Assembly: GCA_044344255.1 (NCBI GenBank)
Contig: JBIJDH010000008.1
Coordinates: 128,001 to 192,000 of the forward strand
Direction of reading: 5' to 3'
Source of the DNA: Myxococcota bacterium
GTDB lineage: Bacteria; Myxococcota_A; UBA796; UBA2385
DNA: 64,000 bases
This document shows, piece after piece, positions 46,622 through 59,100 of the stretch. The notes under the pieces were generated by a model, which did no database searches, was not told the DNA's origin, and saw only the letters and a program-made list of their open reading frames with translations. Position 1 is the first letter of the stretch, and each line of letters opens with the position of its first letter. A program made the translations under genes and the position numbers.

Positions 46622-48804
46622 GGGCCCCATCCCACCGGCCCCTCGGGCCGCGTGGCGACGGAGCGCGAGCGGATGGCCCGTGGATGGACCGCCTGCGAGC
46701 CCTGCTGCTCGCCCTGCTCGTGGCGACGGGCCTCTGCGGCCCCGCGAACGGGGGCGAGGGACCGGAGGCGGTCGGGGCAGGGCCCGGCGCGAGCCCGACC
46801 GAGCCCGCGCCCCTGGCGCGGGAGGGAGAACGAATGGGGGACGCGACGGTCGCCGGGCTGGTCGAGCACCGCGAGTTCGTGCGGATCCTCCTCCGCCTCG
46901 CGGACGGCCGCAGCCTCGCGGTCGAGATCAAGCCCCTCGAGATCGGCCACCGCCCCGCCTGCGCCGTGGGGGAGCTCGGCGTCTACCCGCGCTGGGAGCA
47001 GCTCGGAGAGGCCGTGGAGATCGAGGCCCAGCCCCCAGGGGTCCTCGCGGTCTGCGAGCGGCTCCGAGCGCAGGCCGGGGAGCTCCGCCTACGGAGGGCG
47101 CCGGCCGACGTGCCCTACACCGCCAGCCCCGACGAGGCGCCCGCTCCGGCCTCCATCCGCACCGCAGAGGGCGGGCTCCCGGTCCGCGGGCTCCTCATCG
47201 GGGTGGTTCTCTCCATCGGCCTCGGCGGCCTGCTCGGGGTGGTCCGCGCGCTCCAGGCGCTGCGCGGGGATCGACCCGGCCTCCGCGACCTCGCCCTCGT
47301 CTCCGCGATCTCCCTGGGCGCCCGCCTGCTCCTCTCCCCGCGTACGGTCTTCATCGGGCCCGACGCCGGCTATGAGGCCCTCACGATCGGCTGGGGAACG
47401 CCGGGGGTCCACCCGCTCTACGGCGGGGGCTTCGGGGCCCTCATGGCGCCCGCCGCCTCGCTCTGGCCGCAGTCGGCGAGCGCGCTCTTCACCACCCAGC
47501 TCTGTGTCGCGAGCCTCGCGGCGCCGCTGCTGTTTGGCCTCGTGCGGCTCTGCCTCCCTGGCCCGACCGGTCGTTTCCCCGCCCTCGTCGCCGGCCTCGC
47601 CCTCGCCCTCCTCCCGGTCCACCTCCGGCTGAGCGCCACCGAGGTGATGACGCTGCCGCTGCCCACCCTCGAGCTCGGCGCCCTCGTCGCCGCCGCGGTC
47701 GTCCTCCGCGGGGGGAGCCCTGCCTGGGCCCTGCTCTCGGCGCTCTGCACCGGCCTCGTCCCCAACGTCCGCCCCGAGGCCGCCACCTTCCTGCCGGTGG
47801 GCCTGGGCGCCCTCCTCTACGCGCTCCATCGCCGTCGCGGCGAGCCTGCGGTCTGGCTCTCCGTCGGGGTGGCCTCCGCGGTCGGCCTCACCCTCTTCGC
47901 GCTCCGCTTCACCGCCCTGCCCCCGCTCGACGAAGGCGGGCCCACCAGCCTCTCCCGTATGTTCTCGCTGCGCACGCTGGGTGACGTCCTCCTGCCCACC
48001 CTCGCCGCCCCCTCCCCGGTCGGGCACGCCGGGCAGGTCTTCCTCAACCCCCGCTACACCCCCGCCCTCCTCCCGCTGCTCGCCGTCGCGGCCCTCTGGA
48101 GCCCGCGCCGCCGCCTCGTATCCGCGACCTGCGGCTGGCTCTTGTTCATGCTGCTTCCCGTGCTCCCCAAGGACAGCCCCACCGCCGACGCCTGGCGCCT
48201 CCAGCTCCCCGCCCTCGTCCCCGGCCTGTTGCTCAGCGCCCTCGGCGCCGAGGAGGTGGTGCGCCGCCACACCGCGCGCGTTCGGCCCGCCCTGCTCGGC
48301 GGGCTCCTCCTCCTCCCGCTGGCCTGGGTGCCGTGGATCCGTCAGCCCTGGGCCACGCACGCCGAGTGGGCGCTGCTCCAGGAGGCGCTGCCCACCCTCC
48401 CGGCCAACACCACCCTCCTCGTCGCCGATCGCGGCTCCCACCCCGAGAAGGTGATCGAGGTGCTCAGCGCCCTCGCCCCGCAGCTCGCCGTCGAGCCGAT
48501 GAGCCCCTGGCTGGCCCGTCCGGGGCCGCACCAGAGCACCTTCGCCTGGGTGGGGGTGGTCTGCCACCTCGCGCGCGTCCCGGGCCGGGAGAAGGAGCTG
48601 GCGGCCAACCCCTGCGCCGGGCTCCAGGAGCGGTGTCGCCTGACCCCCTGGAAGATCGCAGAGACCGAAGCGTGGGGCGACACCGACCTCGAGTTCGACG
48701 CTCCACACCTCTCGATCGGCCTCTACCGCATCGACGCCTGCACCGCCCCCGGCAGCGCGCCGCCCGTCGCCGCGCCGTCGCCTGGACCGGAGACAGCGGG
48801 TTAG
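46618..48804 (+). CDS. Polytopic membrane protein, possible GT-C glycosyltransferase-like
   Basis: Signal-like segment, many TM helices, RPE motif. Alternative start at 46684. Confidence 0.6.
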   Translation: MRAPSHRPLGPRGDGARADGPWMDRLRALLLALLVATGLCGPANGGEGPEAVGAGPGASPTEPAPLAREGERMGDATVAGLVEHREFVRILLRLADGRSLAVEIKPLEIGHRPACAVGELGVYPRWEQLGEAVEIEAQPPGVLAVCERLRAQAGELRLRRAPADVPYTASPDEAPAPASIRTAEGGLPVRGLLIGVVLSIGLGGLLGVVRALQALRGDRPGLRDLALVSAISLGARLLLSPRTVFIGPDAGYEALTIGWGTPGVHPLYGGGFGALMAPAASLWPQSASALFTTQLCVASLAAPLLFGLVRLCLPGPTGRFPALVAGLALALLPVHLRLSATEVMTLPLPTLELGALVAAAVVLRGGSPAWALLSALCTGLVPNVRPEAATFLPVGLGALLYALHRRRGEPAVWLSVGVASAVGLTLFALRFTALPPLDEGGPTSLSRMFSLRTLGDVLLPTLAAPSPVGHAGQVFLNPRYTPALLPLLAVAALWSPRRRLVSATCGWLLFMLLPVLPKDSPTADAWRLQLPALVPGLLLSALGAEEVVRRHTARVRPALLGGLLLLPLAWVPWIRQPWATHAEWALLQEALPTLPANTTLLVADRGSHPEKVIEVLSALAPQLAVEPMSPWLARPGPHQSTFAWVGVVCHLARVPGREKELAANPCAGLQERCRLTPWKIAETEAWGDTDLEFDAPHLSIGLYRIDACTAPGSAPPVAAPSPGPETAG

Positions 48805-48833
48805 CTCGGCGTCCCGAAGCAATAGGGGCACCG

Positions 48834-49709
48834 ATGTCGATCCGCACCTCTGATCTCCCCCTCCTCGCCTGCCCGGACACCCACGGCCCGCTCTCCTGGC
48901 GGGGCACCAACGTCGAGCTCGAGCTCCAGGACGGCGTGCTCGTCTCCGAGCGCAGCGGGCTGGCCTGGTGCGTGGAGGAGGGCTGGGTCCGCCTCTGCCG
49001 TGAGCCGGCCGTGAAGGGCAAGAAGGCCCTGCTGCACCGGATCTACGACACGCTCCCGAAGCTGCACGACCCCCTGGTGAGCGGCACGCTGCCCCTCTTC
49101 CAAGGCAAGGGCACCGAGCGGGAGCTCCGCTCCGCCGCCCTCGATCGCCTCGACCTCGGCGCCCTCAAGAGCGCCGGCTCCGGCGCGCGAGTGCGCATCC
49201 TCGAGGTGGGGGTGGGCTCGGGAGCCAACCTCCCCTACATCCTCGAGCGCCTGCCCGACGGCCTCCTGGTCGAGATCTGGGGCGTCGACATCTCGATTGG
49301 GATGCTGGAGCGGGCGAAGGCGCGGGTAAAGCAGGACGACATGCTGCGCCCGATCACCCGCCTGTTGATGGCCGACGCCGCCCTCTTGCCCTTCGCAGAC
49401 CAGACCTTCGATCGTGTCTTCCACATCGGCGGCATCGGCGGAATGGCCGATCCCGGGCGCGCCCTCGCCGAGCTCGGCCGGGTGGCCAAGGCCGGCACAC
49501 CGATCGTCGTCGTCGACGAGCAGCGCGACCCCGCTGCCCCGCTCAACCCGCTCCAGGCCCTCGCCTTCAAGGCCATCACCTTCTACGACGAGGCGCCGGC
49601 CTCACCCAAGGCCCTGCTCCCGAAGGGGGCCGTGGGCGTGAAGGATGAGCAGATCAGCCCCTTCTACTACTGCCTCAGCTACCGGATGGAGGGGCCGCGC
49701 GCCGCCTAG
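48834..49709 (+). CDS. Class I SAM methyltransferase with Trm112-like N-terminus
   Basis: LLACPDTHGPL, ILEVGVGSG, GVDIS, LPFADQTFD. Confidence 0.88.
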   Translation: MSIRTSDLPLLACPDTHGPLSWRGTNVELELQDGVLVSERSGLAWCVEEGWVRLCREPAVKGKKALLHRIYDTLPKLHDPLVSGTLPLFQGKGTERELRSAALDRLDLGALKSAGSGARVRILEVGVGSGANLPYILERLPDGLLVEIWGVDISIGMLERAKARVKQDDMLRPITRLLMADAALLPFADQTFDRVFHIGGIGGMADPGRALAELGRVAKAGTPIVVVDEQRDPAAPLNPLQALAFKAITFYDEAPASPKALLPKGAVGVKDEQISPFYYCLSYRMEGPRAA

Positions 49710-49750
49710 GCGCCCCGCCCCCGGTCGTTCAGCCCCCCCCTCCCGGTCGC

Positions 49751-51610
49751 TCAGGCCCCCGGAACAAAGATGAAGACGGTGGTGGTCTCGAGGATGATCT
49801 CATCGTCGGCCACGAGGTTGAAGGTGACCGGGTAGGTCTGGTCGGTCTCCTCCGATGACACCGTGCCCACGAAGGTGACGGTGAAGGTCACCTTCTCTCC
49901 GGAGTCCACGTCGTAGTAGGCCTCGGGATCGATGCTCTCGACCATGTTGTAGGGGTCATCGACCACCACGAGCTGCACCTTGTCGAAGTGTGCGTCCTGG
50001 ACGAGGCCATTGACGGCGTCGACCACCGCCTCGCGGAAGTCGGAGCTGGAGCCGTTCCAGGTGACCGCGGCCGCCTCGGTGGAGCCGTCGCCGTCCATGT
50101 CTCCGAAAGAGCCGGTGGACTCCGCCACATCGACGAGCTGGTTGTAGGGGTTGCCGCTCGTCGGGGCGTTCACGCCGATGCCGATGAACTTGGCGTTGAG
50201 CGCGGCCATCGCGGTGAGGGCGTCGGAGCGACCGGCGTCTTGCGGGCAGCCGCCGGGGGTGGGGTCACCCGAATCGGCGTCGCGGAGGGGGGCGTCGGTG
50301 GCGAGGATGAAGATCGGGAGCACGTCCTGGCGGAAGCCCATGCCGCCCTGATCGCCGGTGCCAGACACCGAAGCGTCGTAGGTGCCGGGCTCGGCGCCGC
50401 CAAAGGCGTCGCTGCCGTCAGAGATGAAGGGGTAGACGTCGGGGGTGGTGTCGTACTTGCCGTCGCAGTCCTGGTCGTAACCCTTACCCTCGGCGGCCTG
50501 GAGCAGCGCCTCGAAGGAGGACTCGGTGGTGTCGTCCCCGCTGTGGATGCCCACCGCGTTGAGCTTGGCCTGCACCACCGCCACGTCATCGGTCTGCTGC
50601 TGGCGGAGGAAGAAGGGCTTGTCCGAGCCCGAGCCGGTGCCCCCCGTCCAGTTGTAGTCGTCGTAGGTGACCACGCCGAAGGTGATGTCGGGGATGTCGG
50701 CGGTGAGCGTACCGGCGATGCTGGCGAACTCGTCGGCCATGGCCTGGGCGAGCCCGCTCATCGAGCAGGTGGTGTCGAGCAGGAAGGCGATGTCGGCCAG
50801 CTTGTACTCGACCTCATACTCGAGATCGAGGGGCAAGGTCTCCCCCGGGGTCACCTGGAGGCAGACGCCGTCGGCGTTCCCGATGCCGTCCTGGGTGGCC
50901 ATCTTGGTGCCGGAGGGGTCATTGCTCTCGACGTAGAGGGCGCCCACGTAGCTGTGCTCGACCAGCGGCGTGAAGCTGACGTCCACGACGACGCCGTCAC
51001 CGGGCTCGATGTCGATGGGCAGCGTCGGGACGTTCTCGACGGCGAAGCCCTCCCCGATCTCGGTGATGGTGTCGATGGTGAGCGTCGCCGTGCCCACGTT
51101 CGACAGCGTGACGGGGATGGAGTCTGAACACTGGAGCGCCAGCACCCCGAAGTCCCAGGCGTTGGGATCGATCTGCAGGCGGGGGGAGCCGGCGGTGCCG
51201 AGCAGCTCGACCGGGGCCTCGGGGGAGTCGGGGTCGTTCGACACGACCCAGGCCATGCCGCTGTCCTCCGCGGTGGTGGGCGTGTAGGCGACGTCGATGT
51301 TCGTGCTCAGGCCCGACTCGAGCGAGAACGCGAGGGGGGTGGTGACCACGGTGAAGGCGCCGGAGCCGCTCAGCCGCACATCGTCGACGATCAGCGTCGC
51401 GTCACCCTGATTGGTGACCGTGAAGGTCTGGGTCACCAGATCACCGTAGGGGACGAGCTCGTAGAGGAGCTGGCTCGGCTCGACCAGCACGTCCGGCTCG
51501 TTCGCCCCACCAAAGCCACCCTTGAAGCCCTGGTCTGGCGCGCACGCCACCGCACCCAGCGCCGCACCGGCGGCCAGCCAGCCGCGCGCCACACGCAGGC
51601 CATTGGCCAC
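49751..51610 (-). CDS. Lipoprotein with two ASH/choice-of-anchor D Ig-like domains and a vWA domain
   Basis: AVAC lipobox, NxGxATL..SNDP repeats, FLLDTTCSM MIDAS-like motif, TDAP. GTG start inferred. Confidence 0.85.
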   Translation of the reverse strand: MANGLRVARGWLAAGAALGAVACAPDQGFKGGFGGANEPDVLVEPSQLLYELVPYGDLVTQTFTVTNQGDATLIVDDVRLSGSGAFTVVTTPLAFSLESGLSTNIDVAYTPTTAEDSGMAWVVSNDPDSPEAPVELLGTAGSPRLQIDPNAWDFGVLALQCSDSIPVTLSNVGTATLTIDTITEIGEGFAVENVPTLPIDIEPGDGVVVDVSFTPLVEHSYVGALYVESNDPSGTKMATQDGIGNADGVCLQVTPGETLPLDLEYEVEYKLADIAFLLDTTCSMSGLAQAMADEFASIAGTLTADIPDITFGVVTYDDYNWTGGTGSGSDKPFFLRQQQTDDVAVVQAKLNAVGIHSGDDTTESSFEALLQAAEGKGYDQDCDGKYDTTPDVYPFISDGSDAFGGAEPGTYDASVSGTGDQGGMGFRQDVLPIFILATDAPLRDADSGDPTPGGCPQDAGRSDALTAMAALNAKFIGIGVNAPTSGNPYNQLVDVAESTGSFGDMDGDGSTEAAAVTWNGSSSDFREAVVDAVNGLVQDAHFDKVQLVVVDDPYNMVESIDPEAYYDVDSGEKVTFTVTFVGTVSSEETDQTYPVTFNLVADDEIILETTTVFIFVPGA

Positions 51611-51813
51611 GGAAGGGACTGGGCCCGGCGAAGAAGAGCGGGGAGGAGATGGGAAGAGAGAATGGAAGCGCAAAGCGACTCTCCGACGACGTCCGACGTT
51701 CCGAGGATGGTACCCGGCCGCGGGGGCGTCCGCCATCGCCGCGCTCGAGCCTTGACCAAGATGTCCTCCCCCGGAGGCGGCGGGTTAGCGGGCCGAGCCC
51801 TCCCGGAGACCCC

Positions 51814-52884
51814 ATGTCCACCCTCGCCTCCCTGCTCGAAGGCTTTGATCCCGACGCCGCCGCCGTGGAGGGCGCCCTCTTCGGCCTCCCCTTCCCCGCC
51901 GAGCGCTGTCGGGTCCAGGTGATCCCCGTGCCCTGGGAGGCCACGACCTCCTACGGTCGCGGCACCGCCCACGGCCCGAGCGTGGTGCTCCAGGCCAGCG
52001 CCCAGGTCGACCTCCACGACCTCGACTTCGGGGACGTTTGGCGCGAGGGCATCGGGCTCCTCCCGACCGACCCCCGCATCCCCGAGGCCGCCGCCGCCGC
52101 AGAGGACGACGCCCTCGCCGTCATCGACTCCGGCGGCGCCGAGCCCGAGCTGGCCGCCAAGGTCAACGCCTGGTCGGAGGTGGTCAACGACGCGGTGTAT
52201 GAGGCGGCCCAGGCGGTGCTCGCCCGAGGCGCGATCCCGGCCGTGCTCGGCGGTGATCACAGCGCCCCCTACGGCCTCATCCGCGCCCTCTCCGAGCGCC
52301 ACCCGGGCCTCGGCGTGCTCCACATCGACGCCCACGCCGACCTCCGCGACGCCTACGAGGGCTTCGAGTGGAGCCACGCCTCGATCTTCCACAACGTGCT
52401 GAAGCTGCCCGGTGTGAGCCGGCAGGTCGGCGTGGGCTGGCGGGACGTCGGCCGGGCGGAGATCGATCGGGTCCACGCCGAGCCGCACCGCATCCGCGCC
52501 TTCTTGGACCGCGACCTCGCCTTCGAGCTGGCGCGGGGGCGCACCTGGGTGGAGCTCTGCCAGCGCATCATCGACGCCCTGCCCGAGCAGGTCTATGTCA
52601 GCTTCGACATTGACGGCCTCGACCCCTCCCTCTGCCCGCACACGGGCACGCCGGTCCCCGGCGGGCTGTCCTTCCGCGACATGCAGGTCCTCCTCTGCAT
52701 GCTCTCCGACCAGCGCGAGGTGGTGGGCTTCGACCTCTGCGAGGTCTCCCCGGGCGAAGGCGCGCTCGACGAGCGGGAGGACTGGGACGCCAACGTCGGC
52801 GCCCGCGTGCTCTACAAGCTCGCCGGCTGCGCCCTCCGCTCGCGGACGGTCGAGCTCCGTGCCCCCGCCGGAGCCGCGGGATAA
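51814..52884 (+). CDS. speB: Agmatinase (ureohydrolase family)
   Basis: GGDHS, DAHAD, SHAS, SFDIDGLDP, GTPVPGG. Confidence 0.88.
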   Translation: MSTLASLLEGFDPDAAAVEGALFGLPFPAERCRVQVIPVPWEATTSYGRGTAHGPSVVLQASAQVDLHDLDFGDVWREGIGLLPTDPRIPEAAAAAEDDALAVIDSGGAEPELAAKVNAWSEVVNDAVYEAAQAVLARGAIPAVLGGDHSAPYGLIRALSERHPGLGVLHIDAHADLRDAYEGFEWSHASIFHNVLKLPGVSRQVGVGWRDVGRAEIDRVHAEPHRIRAFLDRDLAFELARGRTWVELCQRIIDALPEQVYVSFDIDGLDPSLCPHTGTPVPGGLSFRDMQVLLCMLSDQREVVGFDLCEVSPGEGALDEREDWDANVGARVLYKLAGCALRSRTVELRAPAGAAG

Positions 52885-52903
52885 ACCGCGGGCTCTGCGC
52901 CCG

Positions 52904-52970
52904 CCCCCTCCTGGTCCCCCCCTCCTGGTCCCCCCCCCTCCTGGTCCCCCCCTCCTGGTCCCCCCCCCTC
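52904..52970. repeat. Intergenic C-tract tandem repeat (TCCTGGT-C7-TCCTGGT-C9)x2
   Basis: Read directly from the sequence upstream of asnS. Confidence 0.9.
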
Positions 52971-52985
52971 AGGCCCGCGTGACCC

Positions 52986-54412
<1,427 letters not shown>

Positions 54413-54416
<4 letters not shown>

Positions 54417-55408
54417 GCTGGGCCCGCGTCGGGCTGCTCGTCCCCTCCGCGCCGGGGGGCCTCGCGCGGCCCCCGGAGGCGCTCCCCCTTGGCCGGGCCG
54501 CGCTGCAGCTCGCCGCGGAGGGGATCGAGGTCCTGCTCGGGGAGAGGCTCGAGGGCGGGCGGATGAGCGGCCACCTCGCCAGCGTTGGCGCCTGGGAGCC
54601 CGTATTCGAGCGGCCGATCGACGCCCTCTGTGACCGCTTCCCCTCCCAGGGGCGTTCGGCGGTCTGGGCGGCGGCGATCGGCGGCGCCGGCGCCCTGCCC
54701 TTCGGCAATCCGCCCTCTTTCACGGAGCTGTGCCGCGATAAGCTCGTGGCACAGCGGGTCCTCGAGGCGAGCGGGGTGGAGATGCCTGCGGTCGAGGCGG
54801 ACCCGGCTCGCTTCCGGGAGCGCCTCGCCGAGTGGGGCGCCGCCTTCCTCAAGCCCCGCTACGGCTCGCTTGGGGCCGGGGTCCGGCGGGTGACGGTCGG
54901 GGACGCGCTCCCGGCCATCGTCGAGGGGCTGCAGGGGCTCGAGCCGGCGCTGCTGCAGCGGGCCGTGCCGCCCCCCGCGGGCCTCGCCGGCTGCGTGATC
55001 CGCCTCCTCCTCCAGCGCGAGCCCGACGGCGCCTGGGTGGCCCTCCCGCCGGTGATCCGCAGCAGCACTGAAGATCCGGTGGTCAACGTCGCTCGGGGGG
55101 CGACGGTCTCCGCCTCGCTCCCCGCCCACGCGGCGCTGGCGCTCGAGGTGGCGGGCCGCCGGCTCTCCCAGGCCCTCGATCGCCTGGCCGACGCCGCCTG
55201 GATCGTCGAGGTGGGGGCCGACCTCTGCCTCGACCCCGACGGCGAGCCCCACCTCATCGAGCTCAACGGCCGGCCGCGGGGGCGCCTCGCCGAGCTCGCC
55301 AAGCTCGACCCCGGGCGCTTTCAGGCGGCGCACGAGGCGGCGCTGCTGCGGCCCCTCCGACGGATGGCGGCGCTCGGGACACCGATCCAACCTTCATCCA
55401 TCACCTGA
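54413..55408 (+). CDS. ATP-grasp ligase (YheC/D or RimK-like)
   Basis: [31 protein letters not shown]. Frame is open back to CTG at 54413; first ATG is at 54563. Confidence 0.8.
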
Positions 55409-55478
55409 GATCGGGTCTTGTCAGGTCGAGGGCGATCACGGTAGGCTCCGGCCGGGCTGTCCTGCCCGGGAGCCGCCG

Positions 55479-56180
55479 ATGCTGATCCCCTCACTGCTGT
55501 CGCCGCTGCTGTCACTCTGGCTCCTCGCCCCCTCCGCCGCGGCCGCCGAGCCCACGCCCGACCGCCCGAGCATCTCGCGCTCGGGCTTCCTCGCCGCGGC
55601 CAACACCCTCGAGATGGAGGTCGGCGGCCGCTGGCAGGACGGGGCGCGGTCGGTGCCCTCCACCTTCAAGGTGAGCTTTGGGAGCGTCGAGCCTCGGCTC
55701 GGCTTCAACCTCGCCGGCCTCGACACCGAGCAGCTCGGCCTGAACGCCGGGGCCAAGTTTCGCTTTGGAGACAACCCGAAGGCGGGCATCGCCGGCTACG
55801 TCGCCACCGCCGTGCCCACCCACTCCGGAGAGGCCTGGTGGGCCACCGCGCAGGTGCTCGCCACCGGGCGCTTTGACTCCGGCCGCTCGCTCCAAGGCAA
55901 CGGCGGCCTGCTCGTGGGCGCCGCCAACGACGAGCTGGCGCTGATCGGGGTCCCACTCTCGGTGCTGCTCGACCAGCCGGTCACGCGGCACACCGGCGTC
56001 TTCGGCGAGCTCGGCTGTGTGCTCGATCAGGGGCTCCAGAACTGGGTGATCGACCTCGGCGCCCACTGGGCTCCGACCAACGCGATGGTGGCCGACATCG
56101 GCGCCGGCTGGGACCTCGGCGTCGAGGCCCCCTTCGTTCAGCTCGGCCTCACCGGCAACCTCGGCAAGTTCAAGCGGTAG
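55479..56180 (+). CDS. Putative outer-membrane beta-barrel protein
   Basis: Signal peptide, PDRPS motif, amphipathic beta pattern. Confidence 0.7.
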   Translation: MLIPSLLSPLLSLWLLAPSAAAAEPTPDRPSISRSGFLAAANTLEMEVGGRWQDGARSVPSTFKVSFGSVEPRLGFNLAGLDTEQLGLNAGAKFRFGDNPKAGIAGYVATAVPTHSGEAWWATAQVLATGRFDSGRSLQGNGGLLVGAANDELALIGVPLSVLLDQPVTRHTGVFGELGCVLDQGLQNWVIDLGAHWAPTNAMVADIGAGWDLGVEAPFVQLGLTGNLGKFKR

Positions 56181-56195
56181 CGCGACCCGCCCCCC

Positions 56196-59100
56196 TCAGG
56201 CCCTCGGCCGCGGCGCCCGGGAGAGGCCGCGGGCGGCGGCGGCGCGCGGGAGATCGCCCGCCTGCTCGGCGATCCCCGCCGCGAAGTCCAACATCTCCCG
56301 GCTGTCGGCGTCGAGCTCGGTGCGCCGCAGGTCGGCCTGGGCCGCGACGAGCAGGCGGTCGAAGGTGCGCCACTGCCCCCGGACCGCGGCGACGGCGGCC
56401 TCGCAGACATAGGCGGCGAGCAGCCTCCCGCCCCGCGCCTCCTCCAACAGGGAGCGGAGGAGCGCTCGGCTCTGGTCGTTCGCCTCCGCACCCTTGCCCT
56501 GGCGGAGCAGCACACCGACGAGGTGGAAGGCGGCGGCGTCGGAGCCAGGGGCGCCGAGGTCACGGAAGCGGTCGAGGGCCGCGCGGTAGTGTGCCTCCGC
56601 GGTGGGGAGATCGCCGGAGAGCCGCGCCACGTCGCCCAGGCCCACCCGGGCGTGGGCGGGCTCCTGGCTGCGGATGCTCTGAGAGAAGCCCGCCTCGGCC
56701 GCCCGCAGGTGCGCCTCGAAGGGGAGGCCGGCGCGGTGGCAGAGGCGGGCCAGCGCCACCTCCGCCGTCGCCCGCCCGAAGGGCTCGTCCTCGAAGGCCT
56801 GGACCGCCACCTCGAGCGGGGGCCGCGCGCGGTCGTCCTCTCCGAGCTCTGCGAGCAGCAGGCCCTGATCCCGGAGGCACCAGGCGCGGGCCGGGGGGTC
56901 CTGGGCGAGCTCGGTGGCCTCGAGCAGCGCGCCCAGGGCCGCCCGCCGACGGCCGGCGTGCCAGTCGAGCCGGCTCCGCTCGCGGAGCGCCTCGACGAGG
57001 AGGTCACCTTGACCGCTGGCGCGGGCGTCCCGCTCGGCCTCCTCGGTGAGGCGCCGAGCCCGGTCGAGGGCGCCGCGGCGCCGGGCCACCCGGGCCCCCA
57101 TGATCGCGCCCTCGACGCGCCGACGATCGAGCGGGGGCAGGCCGAGGCGGTCGAGCAGCTCCTCCCGCTCGGCCAGGGCCACCTCCGCGGCCTGGTACTC
57201 GCTGTCCCGCACGCACTGCCAGGCGCCGCGGCTGAGCGGCTCCAGGGCCTCCTCGAAGGCGCCCACGAGGCGGAGGTGACGCCCGAGGCGCAGGGCAAGG
57301 GCTGGGTTGCGCTCGAGGCGGGGCCGCAGCATGTCGGCCGCCGCCTGGTGCCAGCGCGCCGAGCGCTGACCGGCCTCCGCCTCCCGAAGCACGCTCTCCC
57401 GCAGCATCGCGTGGATGAAGGACCACTGCCCCTCCCCCTCGGACTGCACGAGGCCGCGCGAGAGCAAGGCCTCCATGAGCCGCGGGCTGGCCCAGGCCCC
57501 GACCGCGCGGCAAGCGACGGCCCACTCCGCTCGATCCACCGACATGCCAAGGGTGGCCGCCACCTCGACGGCCTCCCGCTCGCCGCGCTCCATCCCCTCG
57601 AGGGCCGCGCCGAGGCGCTGCTGCCAGAGGCTGTGCAGATCGTCGGGGAGCTCGGCCGAGGCGCCATCGCGCAGCCGAAAGCCCGTCTCGCCAGGGACGA
57701 GGAGGCCCCGCTGCACCCAGTCCCCCACGAGCTGCACGGCGAAGAGCGGGTTCCCACCGGTGCGCTGCTCGATGTCCCGCGCGAGGTCTCCTTCGACACG
57801 GAGGTGCTCGCGGATGAGGGTCTGTCGCCAGCCGGGCGCCAGCGGCCCCACCTCGATCCGGCGCGCCAGGGGCGTGGACAGCAGCGCCGCGAGCTGCTGA
57901 TCGGCCGCCGACTCGGGGGTGAGCTCCCGGGCGGTGAGCAAGAAGAGCACCGGGCAGCGTCCGAAGGCCTCGCGAGAGACAAAGTGGCGAATGAAAGCGA
58001 GGGAGTCCAACCCCCACTGGACATCGTCGAGCCGCACCACGATCGGGCGCCGCGCCGCGCAGGCCAGGAGCAGCCGGCGGGTCGCCGCGTACCGCTCGAC
58101 AGCGCTGGCGAAGGGCCGAGCCCGCTGCCCCTCGGCGGTGGTGAGGGCCAGAGCCTCGGCGAGGAGCGGCTCCTCGATCGGGCCGAGCTCGTCGCGGAGC
58201 TGCTCCCGCGCTTCCTCGAGGCCGAGCCCCGTCACCCGCAGCCAGCGCCCCAGCGCCGGTCCGAGGCCATCGGCGGCGGCGGCGCGCTGGCCGTGCACGC
58301 CCTCGACCACGTCGGCGACACCAAGCTCGTGGAGGCGCTCTCCCAGCCAACGGGCGAGGCTCGTCTTGCCGCAGCCAGCCGGCCCTTGCAGCAGGACGAT
58401 GCCCCCCGCGCCGCGGTCGAGGTCGAGGGCGGACTCCCAGAGGCCCCGCTGCGCCGCCTCCCGCCCGACCACCGGCAGGCGCCGGAGGCCGAAGAGGCCG
58501 AGGCCCGCCCCGACGAGGCGCATCGAGGGCCGCCGGCGCTCCCCAGCGGCGGGCGAGGAGGGGAGGGGTCGGCGCCACCCTGTCGCAGCTGCCCCCGGGG
58601 GCCCGATGTGGGAGAGGGCCCCGGCGGCGTCTGCGGCGCGCTGAAAGCGGTGGGCGGGGTCCTTCGCGAGCATCCGCCCGAGCCAGGCCTGGAGCCCCTC
58701 CGGCACCGCCGCCCGAGCGACGTCCGGAGAGGCGGCCGGGAGGGACGAGGGGGGCAAGGGGAACAAGGGAGGCAACGGGGCGTGGAGCTGGGCCTCCAGC
58801 AGCGCCTCGATCGACCGCCCCCGCCCGAAGGGGGGCTGTCCGGTCACCAGGGCCCAGCCGACCGCCCCGAGGGAGTAGAGGTCAGACCAGGGTCCGTACC
58901 GCCCCGCCTGTCCGCGGACCTGCTCGGGGGGCATGTACGCGGCGGTGCCCACGCCGGGGCCCAGGACCTCGGGATCGGTGAGCTCGCCGTGTGTGGTGGC
59001 GAGCCCGAAGTCGAGCAGGACGGCGCGATCGGCCGCCACGACGATGTTCCCGGGCTTTATGTCGCGGTGCAGCACGCCCCGCGCGTGGGCGTGCGCCAAG

